DNA of 64,000 bases from Candidatus Thermosaccharophagus tengchongensis. GTDB lineage: Bacteria > Armatimonadota > Fervidibacteria > Fervidibacterales > Thermosaccharophagaceae. The position numbers and the translations under genes are program-made. The DNA lies in NCBI GenBank assembly GCA_032161105.1, contig JAVHTD010000011.1; one strand, given 5' to 3'. Below are positions 49,301 through 58,758 of the stretch, in pieces; the stretch's first letter is position 1, and each line of letters begins with the position of its first letter. The notes beneath the pieces were generated by a model. That model was not told the DNA's origin. It worked only from the letters and a program-made list of their open reading frames with translations, and made no database searches.

Positions 49301-49945
49301 ATGGCGTGGATAAAGTATGCCATGCGCGCTGCAACGGCTATTGCACTTTGCCTTGCTATGGTATGCGTCGGAGCACAAACCAAACAGGCGCCGAGGGATG
49401 AAGAGGGCTTTGTGCCGCTGTTCAATGGGAAGGATTTGAGCGGCTGGCATGTGATGGGAACACCATCATGGGAAGTTAAAGACGGCGTGCTCATCTGCCA
49501 TGGGAAAGGCGGTGGATGGCTGCGCACTGAGAGGGAATATGAGAACTTCATCCTGCGCCTTGAATACAGGATAAGCAAGGGAGGAAATAGCGGCATATTC
49601 ATTCGGACAAGCCTCACGGGGCGACAATCGCAAACTGGGATGGAAGTGCAAATACTTGACTCATACGGAAGGAAGCCAACGGCAACGACAGCCGGCGCAA
49701 TTTACGGCGCTGTTGCCCCAACCAAAGAGGCATCAAAGCCAGCGGGAGAATGGAATGAGGTTGAAATAACTTGCGATGGACCAAAGGTCACCGTCGTCCT
49801 CAACGGCGAGAAAATCATTGATGTTAACATGGATGAACATCCGCAGCTTAAAAGCAGGCTTCGCAAGGGCTACATCGGGCTGCAAAATCATGGCTCATAT
49901 GTTGAGTTCCGAAACATACGCATCAAAGAACTGCCAAGCAAGTGA
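49301..49945 (+). CDS. DUF1080 / 3-keto-glycoside hydratase family protein
   Basis: LFNGKDLSGW, GGNSGIF, EVQILD, GAIYG, GEWN, GYIGLQNHG and FRNIRIKEL. Confidence 0.92.
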   Translation: MAWIKYAMRAATAIALCLAMVCVGAQTKQAPRDEEGFVPLFNGKDLSGWHVMGTPSWEVKDGVLICHGKGGGWLRTEREYENFILRLEYRISKGGNSGIFIRTSLTGRQSQTGMEVQILDSYGRKPTATTAGAIYGAVAPTKEASKPAGEWNEVEITCDGPKVTVVLNGEKIIDVNMDEHPQLKSRLRKGYIGLQNHGSYVEFRNIRIKELPSK

Positions 49946-50024
49946 CAACCCTCACTAACCATTTCACGAATGCACAACTCCACTTGTGGGGACATTCATT
50001 TACACATTGCACGAGCCGATGAAA

Positions 50025-50054
50025 GCCGGGGCACGGCAACCGCCGTGCCCCGGC
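50025..50054. terminator. Perfect 13-bp GC hairpin between convergent genes (REP-like, possible terminator)
   Basis: GCCGGGGCACGGC-aacc-GCCGTGCCCCGGC, with only a short T tract on the minus strand. Confidence 0.55.
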
Positions 50055-50223
50055 AAAGGCGCAAACACTCCTCAACACCGTTAAGGTTATGGGCAGCCCG
50101 CGCCACTTTGCCACGGCGTCATTACTGACCGACCATAGTTCACACAAGTTGTCGTCATGCGCTCAAGTTGATCCCAAGTGATTTGGTTCAACCTGTGCGC
50201 CTTAACATGTCCATCCGCAAAAT

Positions 50224-50364
50224 GGTTGGCTTTATGACCAACCGATTTCGGCACGCCAAAGGCGTGCCTCCCAAAAACGAATTTGTCACATCATTGGAGG
50301 GCGAGGCTACCGCCGAGCCGATTACCGATTGCGGCTTATCGGCGTCCCCGGCAACACGCCGTCC
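50224..50364. repeat. Degenerate GGAG-type REP doublets
   Basis: GGTTGG..CCAACC, GGCACGCC-aaa-GGCGTGCC-TCCC, GGAGGGCGAGGCTACCGCCGAGCCG and CGGCGT..ACGCCG-TCC. Confidence 0.55.
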
Positions 50365-50379
50365 GAAATTGTTTCCCTT

Positions 50380-51366
50380 TCACGATACAGCGCTCCAGTC
50401 AAGGATGATCCCGACGAACTTCTCTGGATGATTTAGGATCATCTCGTATGCCTTCGGGGCATCAGTTGCAGGAAGACAATGTGTTATGAGTGGCAGTAAC
50501 TTAAGTTCGCCGCGCCTGCACAAACGCAATGAACGAACTTGGTCTTCCAATGTGTGACTGCATGGGAAATATGCAGTGAGCCATTTTGCGTGCGCCCTGT
50601 GGAAGTGTATTGGGATGAACCCCGGATACCAACCTTGAAAGCAAACCCTTCCTCTCACACGGATGAGCTCAATGCACAAGTCAGCAAGCTCCGCTACGCC
50701 GCTCGTCTCAATGACCAAGTCAGCCCCATCCGGCTTGAGCTGACGAACAACATCAACCAAATTTTCCTCATCCACATTGACGGCTCTATCCGACGAATAC
50801 TCAGCTGACAGCCTCACCCGCAATGGCAGCTTATCAGCCGTCACAACGAAGCATCCCAAGCGCCTGCAAAGCTGCGCCGAACACTGCCCTATCATGCCCT
50901 GTCCAATTACAACTACAAACTCGCCTCGCTTCGGTTTTGCCATGCCAATTCCCATGAAGCTAACGGCAGGCAGCGCCGACACCGCAGCCTCACGCAAGTC
51001 GCAACCCTTTGGGATTTTGAAGACATGGTCGCTTTCATCGCACACGGCAAATGCCAAATGGCTGCCCATCCACGAGCGCCCATACGGCTCGGGCAACCTG
51101 CTCCTTCGGAAGAAGACGGTGTCGCCAACTTTAAATCGTTTCACCTGATTGCCAACTTCAATGACGGTGCCGACACCTTGATAACCGGGCACACTCGGGA
51201 AGAACCCCTCAGGGCGCTTTCCGATGAGCCACCAACGCTCTGTGCCAACGCTCAAGCCGGAATAAAGTGTCCTGATCAATATGCTCGTTGGCGTCATCTC
51301 CAAAAGTTCAACCTCTCCGAGCTCAATCTTGTATGGGGCTGTAAATATGACAGCCTGTGACTTCAC
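50380..51366 (-). CDS. Zinc-binding alcohol dehydrogenase family (MDR) protein
   Basis: YSGLSVGTE, VPGYQGVG, GQGMIG, VIETSG and LITH. SD GGAGGTG precedes a GTG at 51366. Confidence 0.88.
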   Translation of the reverse strand: MKSQAVIFTAPYKIELGEVELLEMTPTSILIRTLYSGLSVGTERWWLIGKRPEGFFPSVPGYQGVGTVIEVGNQVKRFKVGDTVFFRRSRLPEPYGRSWMGSHLAFAVCDESDHVFKIPKGCDLREAAVSALPAVSFMGIGMAKPKRGEFVVVIGQGMIGQCSAQLCRRLGCFVVTADKLPLRVRLSAEYSSDRAVNVDEENLVDVVRQLKPDGADLVIETSGVAELADLCIELIRVRGRVCFQGWYPGFIPIHFHRAHAKWLTAYFPCSHTLEDQVRSLRLCRRGELKLLPLITHCLPATDAPKAYEMILNHPEKFVGIILDWSAVS

Positions 51367-51540
51367 GGCACTGCACCTCCATTCCAACGGTGAGGAACTT
51401 ACAGCTAAAGCCAATAGCATCGGCTACATTGTGCAAGGTGCAAAAGGGCAATACGACCTGAGCTGCTAATGTGGTGTGATATCTTATGAAGGTGCTGATA
51501 TGCGATACTTTAGCATAACTCACGCGGTGGTGGCATAGCT

Positions 51541-52143
51541 TTGAGCAAAAAGCGTCACGGCAGGCTGTTTGTAGTGAGCGGACCTTCGGGTGTCGGCAAA
51601 GGGACTTTGCTCAAACTCGTTCTACCGACATTGCCGAATGTGCTCTATTCAGTTTCGGTGACGACACGCCCAAAGCGCCATGGGGAAGTTGATGGCAGAG
51701 ATTACTTCTTCGTCACAGAGGAACAATTTAAGCGCATGGTTGAGGACGGCGAGTTCCTTGAGTGGGCGCATGTTCATGGTCACATGTATGGGACGCCAAG
51801 GAGGTGGGTTGAAGAGAAGCTCGCCAGCGGATTTGATATTGTCCTTGAAATTGATGTCCAAGGCGCAATGCAAGTCAGAGAAAAGTGTAAGGATGCCATC
51901 CTCATCTTCATCCTGCCGCCATCAATGGAGGAACTGCGAAGGCGCATTACAAAGCGCGGATTGGATGCGCCGGAAGAAATTGAGAGGCGCATGAGCAAAG
52001 CCGAATGGGAGATGAAATTCAAGGACAGGTTTGACTTCCAAATCATCAATGATGACCTAAACGAGGCGGCAAAGGAGTTGCGCAGGATACTCCTCGGAGA
52101 AGCGACAGTGGAAGGGGAACAGTGTGGGCAAGTTAACCAATAG
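51541..52143 (+). CDS. gmk: Guanylate kinase
   Basis: SGPSGVGKGT, TTRPKR, YGTP and EIDVQGA. Confidence 0.97.
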   Translation: MSKKRHGRLFVVSGPSGVGKGTLLKLVLPTLPNVLYSVSVTTRPKRHGEVDGRDYFFVTEEQFKRMVEDGEFLEWAHVHGHMYGTPRRWVEEKLASGFDIVLEIDVQGAMQVREKCKDAILIFILPPSMEELRRRITKRGLDAPEEIERRMSKAEWEMKFKDRFDFQIINDDLNEAAKELRRILLGEATVEGEQCGQVNQ

Positions 52144-52198
52144 CGAACTCTGCGCAGACGGCGAATCAAACTCCATCTGACTATAAGGGTGATTAAGG

Positions 52199-54070
52199 AT
52201 GCGCCACATCATCACTGCTGCAAGTTGTGCCCTCATTTGGAATCTCCTTTGCGCTGCAACGCTGGTAGTTGACCAACATCATCCAAATGCATCCGATGAT
52301 AACCCGGGGACTGACGAACGCCCGCTGAAGACGATTGGAAAGGCTGCGCAAATTGCGAGGGCTGGCGATACCGTCATTATCAAAGGCGGTATATATCGTG
52401 AGTCTGTCAGGCTACATAATGACGGCGAGGAAGGAGCCCCAATTGTATTTCAGGCACACCCGCCCGGCTCCGTCGTCATCAGCGGCGCAGATGTGATCAA
52501 GGGTTGGCAACGCGTTGAGGGCAACGAGCCGATCTATCGCATACCTTGGGAGCGGAAGTTCATCATCAACTGGCGCAAGGATGGAACACCAGTTGAGCAT
52601 CATCCTGAGGATGCGCCACTCTGGGGAAGAGCTGAACTCGTCGTAGTTAATGGCAGGGTGGCATTACCATCACCTGACATTGAAAGCCTGCGCGAGGCAT
52701 GGCGCAAACACCAAGATGATCTTCGTTCGGGGAAAGCATCATCGGTCTTAAAGCCGCCGACAAAGGGCATCAACATTGAGTTTGCGGGCATGTTCTCCGT
52801 TGATGGGAAGGCGAAGGCGTTATACCTTTGGCTTGCAGATGGCTCAAATCCGAATGAGCGTCAAGTTGAGGTTTCAACGCGCTCGGAGTTATTCGGGACA
52901 AACCCTTGGGCAAACCCTAAGGGGCATAAGCATATACATGTGCGCGGCATCGTCTTTCGGCATGCAGCGACATTCCCGCAACGCGCCGCAGTCTGGCTGC
53001 ATGGTGAAGATAACTTGGTTGAGGATTGCATAGTTGAGGGGATGTCGGGCGGTGGCATCCTCGTCCACGGAACGATGCGAAGGTGCATTATAAGACGATG
53101 TGGGCACACGGGCGGTGGAGCCTCCGGTAGGGGTTTCCTCAACGAGGATTGCCTTTGGGAGGAGAATTGCTGGAAGCCAATCAACAGGGGATGGGATGCA
53201 GGCGGTTTCAAGCTCGCTTTGGCTAATGGCGGTGTTTTCCGAGGGTGTGTCTTCCGCAGGAACGGCGGGCCGGGATTGTGGCTGGATATACATGTGCGAA
53301 ATGTCATCATCACTGAGTGCGTCTTCTTGGAGAATGAAAAGAGCGGGCTGTTCATTGAGATAAGCCGTGACATAGCGGTGGTGCGAAATTTATTCCTGCG
53401 CAATGCAATAGGAGCCATTTGGGAAGTGACTTTTCCAGATTGGAGTGCAGCCGGCATACAGATTGCTGAAAGCCAAAACTGCATCATCGCATTCAACACA
53501 TGCGTTGGAAACAAGGATGGAATAGCGCTGCGTGAGCAAGGACCAAGGAGGCTTTTAACCGATGACCTCGGTGAAGTGGCATACCACAACAGCGGAAATA
53601 TCATAGTTGGCAATTTGTGCGCCTTCAATCGCGGCTACCAACTCGCCCTCTGGTATGACAATCCATTCTTCGGATGGCATCCGGCTGAGAGAGGGAAGTT
53701 TGGGACACAGGAGGCATTTGAAAAATTCATCAGAGAGAACCCACACCTTGTCTTTGACCCAACAAAGCAAGGCATGCTCATAGACCGCAATCTTTACTTC
53801 GCTGCAGATGGGCAAAAGCTCATACTATACGGCGCCCCTTGGAGACCAAGGCATCGCGTGTTTGATGACCTTAAGGCATTCGCTGATGCAACCGGATTTG
53901 ACGCTCACAGCGAATTTGCCGACCCGAAGTTCGCGGATGCCCCAAAGGACAATTACCAAGTTGGGAGCGACAGTGTGGCATTCAAAATGCAAGTTGGTTG
54001 GTTGCGCCCACCGACAAGCATTGAGGGGATGCTCAGAGAGAGATTCAAAGCCATATGGAAGTCTCGCTGA
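52199..54070 (+). CDS. Secreted right-handed parallel beta-helix protein (DUF1565/pectin-lyase-like)
   Basis: ASDDNPGT..PLKTI.KAA, GDTVII..G.YRE, GGFK, GLWLD and GLFIEIS repeats. Confidence 0.85.
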   Translation: MRHIITAASCALIWNLLCAATLVVDQHHPNASDDNPGTDERPLKTIGKAAQIARAGDTVIIKGGIYRESVRLHNDGEEGAPIVFQAHPPGSVVISGADVIKGWQRVEGNEPIYRIPWERKFIINWRKDGTPVEHHPEDAPLWGRAELVVVNGRVALPSPDIESLREAWRKHQDDLRSGKASSVLKPPTKGINIEFAGMFSVDGKAKALYLWLADGSNPNERQVEVSTRSELFGTNPWANPKGHKHIHVRGIVFRHAATFPQRAAVWLHGEDNLVEDCIVEGMSGGGILVHGTMRRCIIRRCGHTGGGASGRGFLNEDCLWEENCWKPINRGWDAGGFKLALANGGVFRGCVFRRNGGPGLWLDIHVRNVIITECVFLENEKSGLFIEISRDIAVVRNLFLRNAIGAIWEVTFPDWSAAGIQIAESQNCIIAFNTCVGNKDGIALREQGPRRLLTDDLGEVAYHNSGNIIVGNLCAFNRGYQLALWYDNPFFGWHPAERGKFGTQEAFEKFIRENPHLVFDPTKQGMLIDRNLYFAADGQKLILYGAPWRPRHRVFDDLKAFADATGFDAHSEFADPKFADAPKDNYQVGSDSVAFKMQVGWLRPPTSIEGMLRERFKAIWKSR

Positions 54071-54084
54071 GCAGCTTTAACCCA

Positions 54085-55380
54085 TCAACCTTCAGAGCTG
54101 TGCGGACCAGATGACGAGAGCAGGCGTATGAACTCATGGGTGCTATTCAGCCCCACAACTTGCTTTGTTGCGTAGAGTTGCCTTAAAAGCCTTGTTGCCT
54201 CACCATTAGTGAAGTCCCTTTCGTGAAACTTCTCCGGGCGCATGATGAATATGCGCCCAACTGCCGCATCAAGGACGGCTTGCAAGTTGGGCAGGTTGCC
54301 AAACCCAAATGGCACATCAGTTATTAGCACGATCTCGGAGCGTGATATCGCTTCGCATGTCTCTCTGTATGCCCTTTCCGAGATGGGCATGAATGGCGCT
54401 TCCTCAATTACCATTGCCCCAATTGCCCTTGCTGCCTCCCAATCGGAATCGCCCCTGTTCAATGCGCCAACGGATATGGTGCATCCGCTGCGTGAGAGCA
54501 GTGAAAGTATTTCCCCCGCACTGCCACCACCGCAAATGATGTGGATGCGAAGGTGCGGCTTCAAAATCACCCTGCGCTCAAGCAGCGTGACCGACGGCTT
54601 GCCAGTTATCGGATGGCGTGAAACTACAACTGGTGCACCATAAGCCTCTTGGATGTTGCGCTGCGTTATCACCTCCTCAGGTGTTCCGAGGGCATGAATT
54701 CGCCCGCTTGAGTTCATCAGGATGAGCTTATCGGCAATGAGCGAAGCCAAGTTTAGGTCATGTAAAACGGTTATGACGGTTGTGCCGTGTTCGGCATTCA
54801 AGCGCCTTATCAGCTCAACGACCTCAAGTTGGTATTTCAGGTCCAAGTTGGCTGTTGGCTCATCAAGCAGCAGTATGCGCGGACGCTGTGCGAGCGCCCT
54901 CGCTATCATCACGCGTTTCCTTTCGCCACCGCTCAATTCGGTTATCACCCTCATGGCGAGATACCCTGTTTCAGTTTGAGCCATTGCATCTTCAATGGCT
55001 CTAAGGTCATCTTTGGTTAAGCCGCTCCAAGGTGAGCAGTATGCAGTTCTGCCCATCGCTATGACATCAAAAACTGTGAGGGCAAACAGCGGGACATCCT
55101 CCTGTGGGACAACGGCGATGCTGCGCGCAACCTCCCTAACGCTCATCCCCTGCAAATCCCGTTCATCAAGGAACACAGTCCCTTTAAGTGGCTTCAACAG
55201 GCGTGCAATTGTCCTTAGGAGTGTCGTCTTGCCGCTGCCGTTTGGTCCAATGATGCCGACGAGTTCACCCTCACCTATCTCAAGCGTGAAATCCTTTAGC
55301 ACCGGCTCGCCATCGTATGCAACAGTTACTCCGTGTATCTTCAGCTTCGCCATGGCGGTGAGAATGAGTGGCTTATTCAC
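54085..55380 (-). CDS. Iron-siderophore/cobalamin-type ABC transporter ATP-binding protein with C-terminal extension
   Basis: GPNGSGKTT, LSGGE, DEPTANLD, LHDLNLA and a C-terminal IHIICGGGS domain. Confidence 0.88.
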   Translation of the reverse strand: MNKPLILTAMAKLKIHGVTVAYDGEPVLKDFTLEIGEGELVGIIGPNGSGKTTLLRTIARLLKPLKGTVFLDERDLQGMSVREVARSIAVVPQEDVPLFALTVFDVIAMGRTAYCSPWSGLTKDDLRAIEDAMAQTETGYLAMRVITELSGGERKRVMIARALAQRPRILLLDEPTANLDLKYQLEVVELIRRLNAEHGTTVITVLHDLNLASLIADKLILMNSSGRIHALGTPEEVITQRNIQEAYGAPVVVSRHPITGKPSVTLLERRVILKPHLRIHIICGGGSAGEILSLLSRSGCTISVGALNRGDSDWEAARAIGAMVIEEAPFMPISERAYRETCEAISRSEIVLITDVPFGFGNLPNLQAVLDAAVGRIFIMRPEKFHERDFTNGEATRLLRQLYATKQVVGLNSTHEFIRLLSSSGPHSSEG

Positions 55381-55383
55381 CTT

Positions 55384-56124
55384 TCACCTCTCTTCGTTGC
55401 GCTGCTTGCGAGAATCACTACGCCGCCCACCTTGGTTGCGTTGAAACCGCTGTGAGCGCTGTGTTTGCCCGGGGCGCTCTTCAGGTCGTCTCCTTGGCTT
55501 CGGTCCGATGTCTGCCGGCGCTACCACCAGAACCCTGTTTGGCTCAGCACCCTCGCTGTAGGTTATGACATCGGGGTTATTCTGCAATGTGAGGTGGACG
55601 ATGCGCCTTTCAGCAGCTGTCAGATTGTATAGCCTTATCCGACGCCTCTCAGCTTTGGCTCGCTCCATAGCCTCCAGCGCCATCTTCTTGACCTGTTCCC
55701 AACGCCTCTCCCTGTATCTATCGGCATCCACCCAGATCAAAACCGGTGAGTTGCATCGCTTGCGCACTATCTCACTCACAACGACTTGCATGGCATCAAG
55801 CGTCGCCCCATTGCGCCCTATTATGAGCCCGGCATCCGACCCGCTGATGTTGATGTAAAATGCGCCGTCCCTTTCCATCGGCTCTTCAACTACGACGCTT
55901 GCGCCCATGCGCTCAACTATGTTCTTGACAACGCTTTTGAGTATCAAATCCGGCTTGAGCATGACCCTGACGCAAGCTTGCTGTGAGCCGATTATGCCAA
56001 GCACACCTTTTGTGCCTTCCTCAACCACCTCAATCTCAACTTCGTCCCTCGTGGCGTTGAGCTCGCGCAGCGCAGTCTCAATTGCCTCTTCAACCGTTCT
56101 TCCGCGCTTCTCTACTGCCTTCAC
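55384..56124 (-). CDS. jag: RNA-binding protein Jag/EloR (KhpB)
   Basis: Jag_N GRTVEEAI...GVLG, KH IIGRNGATLDA and R3H ERRIVH...SEGAEPNR. Confidence 0.93.
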   Translation of the reverse strand: MKAVEKRGRTVEEAIETALRELNATRDEVEIEVVEEGTKGVLGIIGSQQACVRVMLKPDLILKSVVKNIVERMGASVVVEEPMERDGAFYINISGSDAGLIIGRNGATLDAMQVVVSEIVRKRCNSPVLIWVDADRYRERRWEQVKKMALEAMERAKAERRRIRLYNLTAAERRIVHLTLQNNPDVITYSEGAEPNRVLVVAPADIGPKPRRRPEERPGQTQRSQRFQRNQGGRRSDSRKQRNEER

Positions 56125-56165
56125 GCCCAAGACCCCCCTGTGAAATGGCATTTAACAGCCCTTCA

Positions 56166-57707
56166 TCACCTGAAGTATCGTCTTATGCGAGCCTCCCTGA
56201 ACATTCGCTTTAACTTCATCTGCTTGACTCGCTTTGACTCAACTTGCGCCCTTCTATGGGCAGCAAGCTCTTCGCGCCGGGCAACATGCCCGTCTTGAGG
56301 GCTCTCAGCGCGCTGTTGAATTCGCTCAACACGCTTAATTGGATAACCGCCGCTATCTTCCGCGCGCTTCAAACCCCTTTGGATGAGATACTGCTCAACC
56401 GTCATCGTGATGTTGAATGTCAACCAGTAAAGGATGAACGCAGCCGGGAATGACCAGAAGAAGAGCAAGACCATCATCGGAAAGAGCCATGAGAACACCT
56501 GTTGCGTCTGTTGCTGTTGCGGGTCGACTGGCTGAGAGAGCTTGCTCATCAAGCGTTGGCTCAGTATCAAGCTCACGAAGTAGAGCCCGAACAGGATAAA
56601 GTCCGGGCGAGCCAAACTCCGTATCCAAAGGAAGCTGGCATGCAGGAACTGATACTTGTAGTAGACCACCGCCCAGTAGACGGCGATGAGAATGGGAAAC
56701 TGAATGAGCAGAGGTAAACAGCCGCTCAGCGGGCTAATCCTGTGCCTGCGATAAAGGTCAAGCAACTCTCGGTTGAGCCTTTGAGGGTCATTGCGATACT
56801 TCTTTTGCAGCTTCTGCATCTCCGGCTGCAGCTTCTGAAGCATGCGCATTGACTTATAAGCCTTCCTGTTGAGCGGGAAAAGGAGCACCCTGACAAGCAG
56901 TGTCAGCATTATGATAGCCAAACCGTAGCTGTAGCGCCTATCCTTACCAGTCATTGAGGCAAGTGCATCAAGCAGCTTGTAGCTGAAATACTCGCGATAG
57001 AACTCGTCCAAGCGCCTCAGTGCCGCTTCGTATGCTGTTTCCTTCCTGACGACACCATGATCCAAGTGAATCACAAACGCATTTGCGAGCACACCACGAT
57101 AACTTGAGAGCCACTCAAGGCGTTGGTATGCCTTGAGGGCTTGCTTCCTCGCCTTGCCCTCGTTATCGGTGCCGATTGAGCGCTGATAAAGTTGCCTGCA
57201 AATCTCGGCTGCTCTAAAGCAAGCTGTGGCAACATGGTCCGAGCATGCCAGAGCTTCCAAACGCACAGATTGATCCTTTGAGCGCATGGCATCCTCATAT
57301 TCGCCAACCAATTCCTCATACGCATCCTTAGCCCTCGCCGTGTCCATCAAGACGAACTCAAATATTGCGCCACGGCGAAGTTGCGCCCATGCCTCGGGAA
57401 GCGTGCATCGCCTATCTCGCACAATTGCCTGCAGGCGCTTGAGTTCACCGTCAGCTTGCTCTTTGGTGCGCAGCTTGCTCACATCAAGGGCGCTCTGCGG
57501 GCTGTAAGGCTCATTCAAGCCCGCATAGTCAGTTGTGCAGTGCACCGCATTTAACATCACGGCAACTACCGCACAAATGAACAGTAACTTGACTGTCATC
57601 CTGCCCACTGCAGATAGCGAGCGAAACGAAAAAATCAGTTTGCGATGAGCTTCTCGCGCCTCAGCCATCCATCGCCGCCGTTGAATCATGGCTCTCTTCG
57701 GTCTCAC
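56166..57707 (-). CDS. yidC: Membrane protein insertase YidC with long N-terminal domain
   Basis: [38 protein letters not shown] and LYW; canonical synteny. Confidence 0.93.
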   Translation of the reverse strand: MRPKRAMIQRRRWMAEAREAHRKLIFSFRSLSAVGRMTVKLLFICAVVAVMLNAVHCTTDYAGLNEPYSPQSALDVSKLRTKEQADGELKRLQAIVRDRRCTLPEAWAQLRRGAIFEFVLMDTARAKDAYEELVGEYEDAMRSKDQSVRLEALACSDHVATACFRAAEICRQLYQRSIGTDNEGKARKQALKAYQRLEWLSSYRGVLANAFVIHLDHGVVRKETAYEAALRRLDEFYREYFSYKLLDALASMTGKDRRYSYGLAIIMLTLLVRVLLFPLNRKAYKSMRMLQKLQPEMQKLQKKYRNDPQRLNRELLDLYRRHRISPLSGCLPLLIQFPILIAVYWAVVYYKYQFLHASFLWIRSLARPDFILFGLYFVSLILSQRLMSKLSQPVDPQQQQTQQVFSWLFPMMVLLFFWSFPAAFILYWLTFNITMTVEQYLIQRGLKRAEDSGGYPIKRVERIQQRAESPQDGHVARREELAAHRRAQVESKRVKQMKLKRMFREARIRRYFR

Positions 57708-57951
57708 CCCTTACGCAACCAGCAGCGAGCTTCTCCGGTTGCGGCACAGGATCGTATCCGCCCGGAAAGAATGGGTTGCAACGCAGCAGGCGAAGCATTG
57801 CCAACCAGAGCCCTTTCATCAACCCGTGAAGGCGTAGCGCCTCAATGGCATACTCTGAGCAGCTCGGCGTGTAGCGGCAACTCGGTGGCATCCAAGTTGA
57901 AAGTGTCCTTTGGTAAAAGCGAATGAGCGCTATCAACACGCGGCAAATCAC
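57661..57951 (-). CDS. yidD: Membrane protein insertion efficiency factor
   Basis: [10 protein letters not shown] and [14 protein letters not shown]. Confidence 0.95.
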   Translation of the reverse strand: MICRVLIALIRFYQRTLSTWMPPSCRYTPSCSEYAIEALRLHGLMKGLWLAMLRLLRCNPFFPGGYDPVPQPEKLAAGCVRGETEESHDSTAAMDG

Positions 57952-57968
57952 GCCTCACGATCACCCTG

Positions 57969-58397
57969 TCATCGCAATTGCGCTCTCTCAACTGCGCCCG
58001 CACGAAAAAGCAATTGCTCAAACTCAAGATCAAAGTCCTCGTGCTTTATCTCCTTGCAACTTGGCTGCACTACTATAACCAGCATGTCAAACCCGCTCTT
58101 TAACGCCCAACGCCTCGTCCTATATGCCTCCCTTAGCCAACGCTTTATGCGATTGCGCACGACGGCTTTTCCAACAGCCTTCCCAACTGAAAACGCTATC
58201 CGCCTGATTGGCTCACCATGCCAGTAAATGTGCGCCCTGAGCAGCTTCCCCATTATCGTTCTGCCGGCTTTGACGCACCTCTCAAAATCCCTTTGCCTGC
58301 GCAACCTCTCATCCTTTGGAAACCTATTTTCGCCACGCACATCACTTGGCGGTATGCGGCGCAAGCAATCGCCACGCACAGTGACTTTGCCGCTCAT
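57969..58397 (-). CDS. rnpA: Ribonuclease P protein component
   Basis: FPKDERL..DF and VGKAVVRNRIKRWLRE. Confidence 0.95.
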   Translation of the reverse strand: MSGKVTVRGDCLRRIPPSDVRGENRFPKDERLRRQRDFERCVKAGRTIMGKLLRAHIYWHGEPIRRIAFSVGKAVGKAVVRNRIKRWLREAYRTRRWALKSGFDMLVIVVQPSCKEIKHEDFDLEFEQLLFRAGAVERAQLR

Positions 58398-58411
58398 GAT
58401 GCTGCCTCACT

Positions 58412-58549
58412 TCACACGGTAAGGCGCTTTCTGCCCTTACGCCTGCGTCGCTTGATGACATTCCTCCCACCGGGAGTGCTCATGCGAGCCAAGAAGCCAT
58501 GCACTTTTTTCCTGCGCCTCTTCTTTGGTTGGTATGTGCGCTTTGGCAT
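58412..58549 (-). CDS. rpmH: 50S ribosomal protein L34
   Basis: Not in ORF track. Manual translation gives [45 protein letters not shown] (45 aa). Confidence 0.97.
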   Translation of the reverse strand: MPKRTYQPKKRRRKKVHGFLARMSTPGGRNVIKRRRRKGRKRLTV

Positions 58550-58643
58550 AGCGCTTCACCTGCCAATCTCAGCGCATTCCCACACCCGATAAAAGATCCG
58601 CCGCAAAGTTTGCCCCCTTCGCAAAGCGCAAAAAGCCAACTGC

Positions 58644-58652
58644 ATTATAGCA
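58644..58652 (-). promoter_or_regulatory. Extended -10 promoter (TGcTATAAT) for the rpmH operon
   Basis: Perfect TGnTATAAT about 95 nt upstream of the rpmH ATG. Confidence 0.6.
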
Positions 58653-58758
58653 CGCACCAAATGGTGCCCCTTCACTCAAAAATGGCTCAACACAAAGGGA
58701 CTTTTCGCAACAGCCATAATGGACTTGCGATAAGCCCGACTGCGAGGCTCACATATGC

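Noticed and set aside
58550..58758. oriC next to rpmH
   Set aside because: No DnaA-box cluster, no AT-rich unwinding element and no dnaA.
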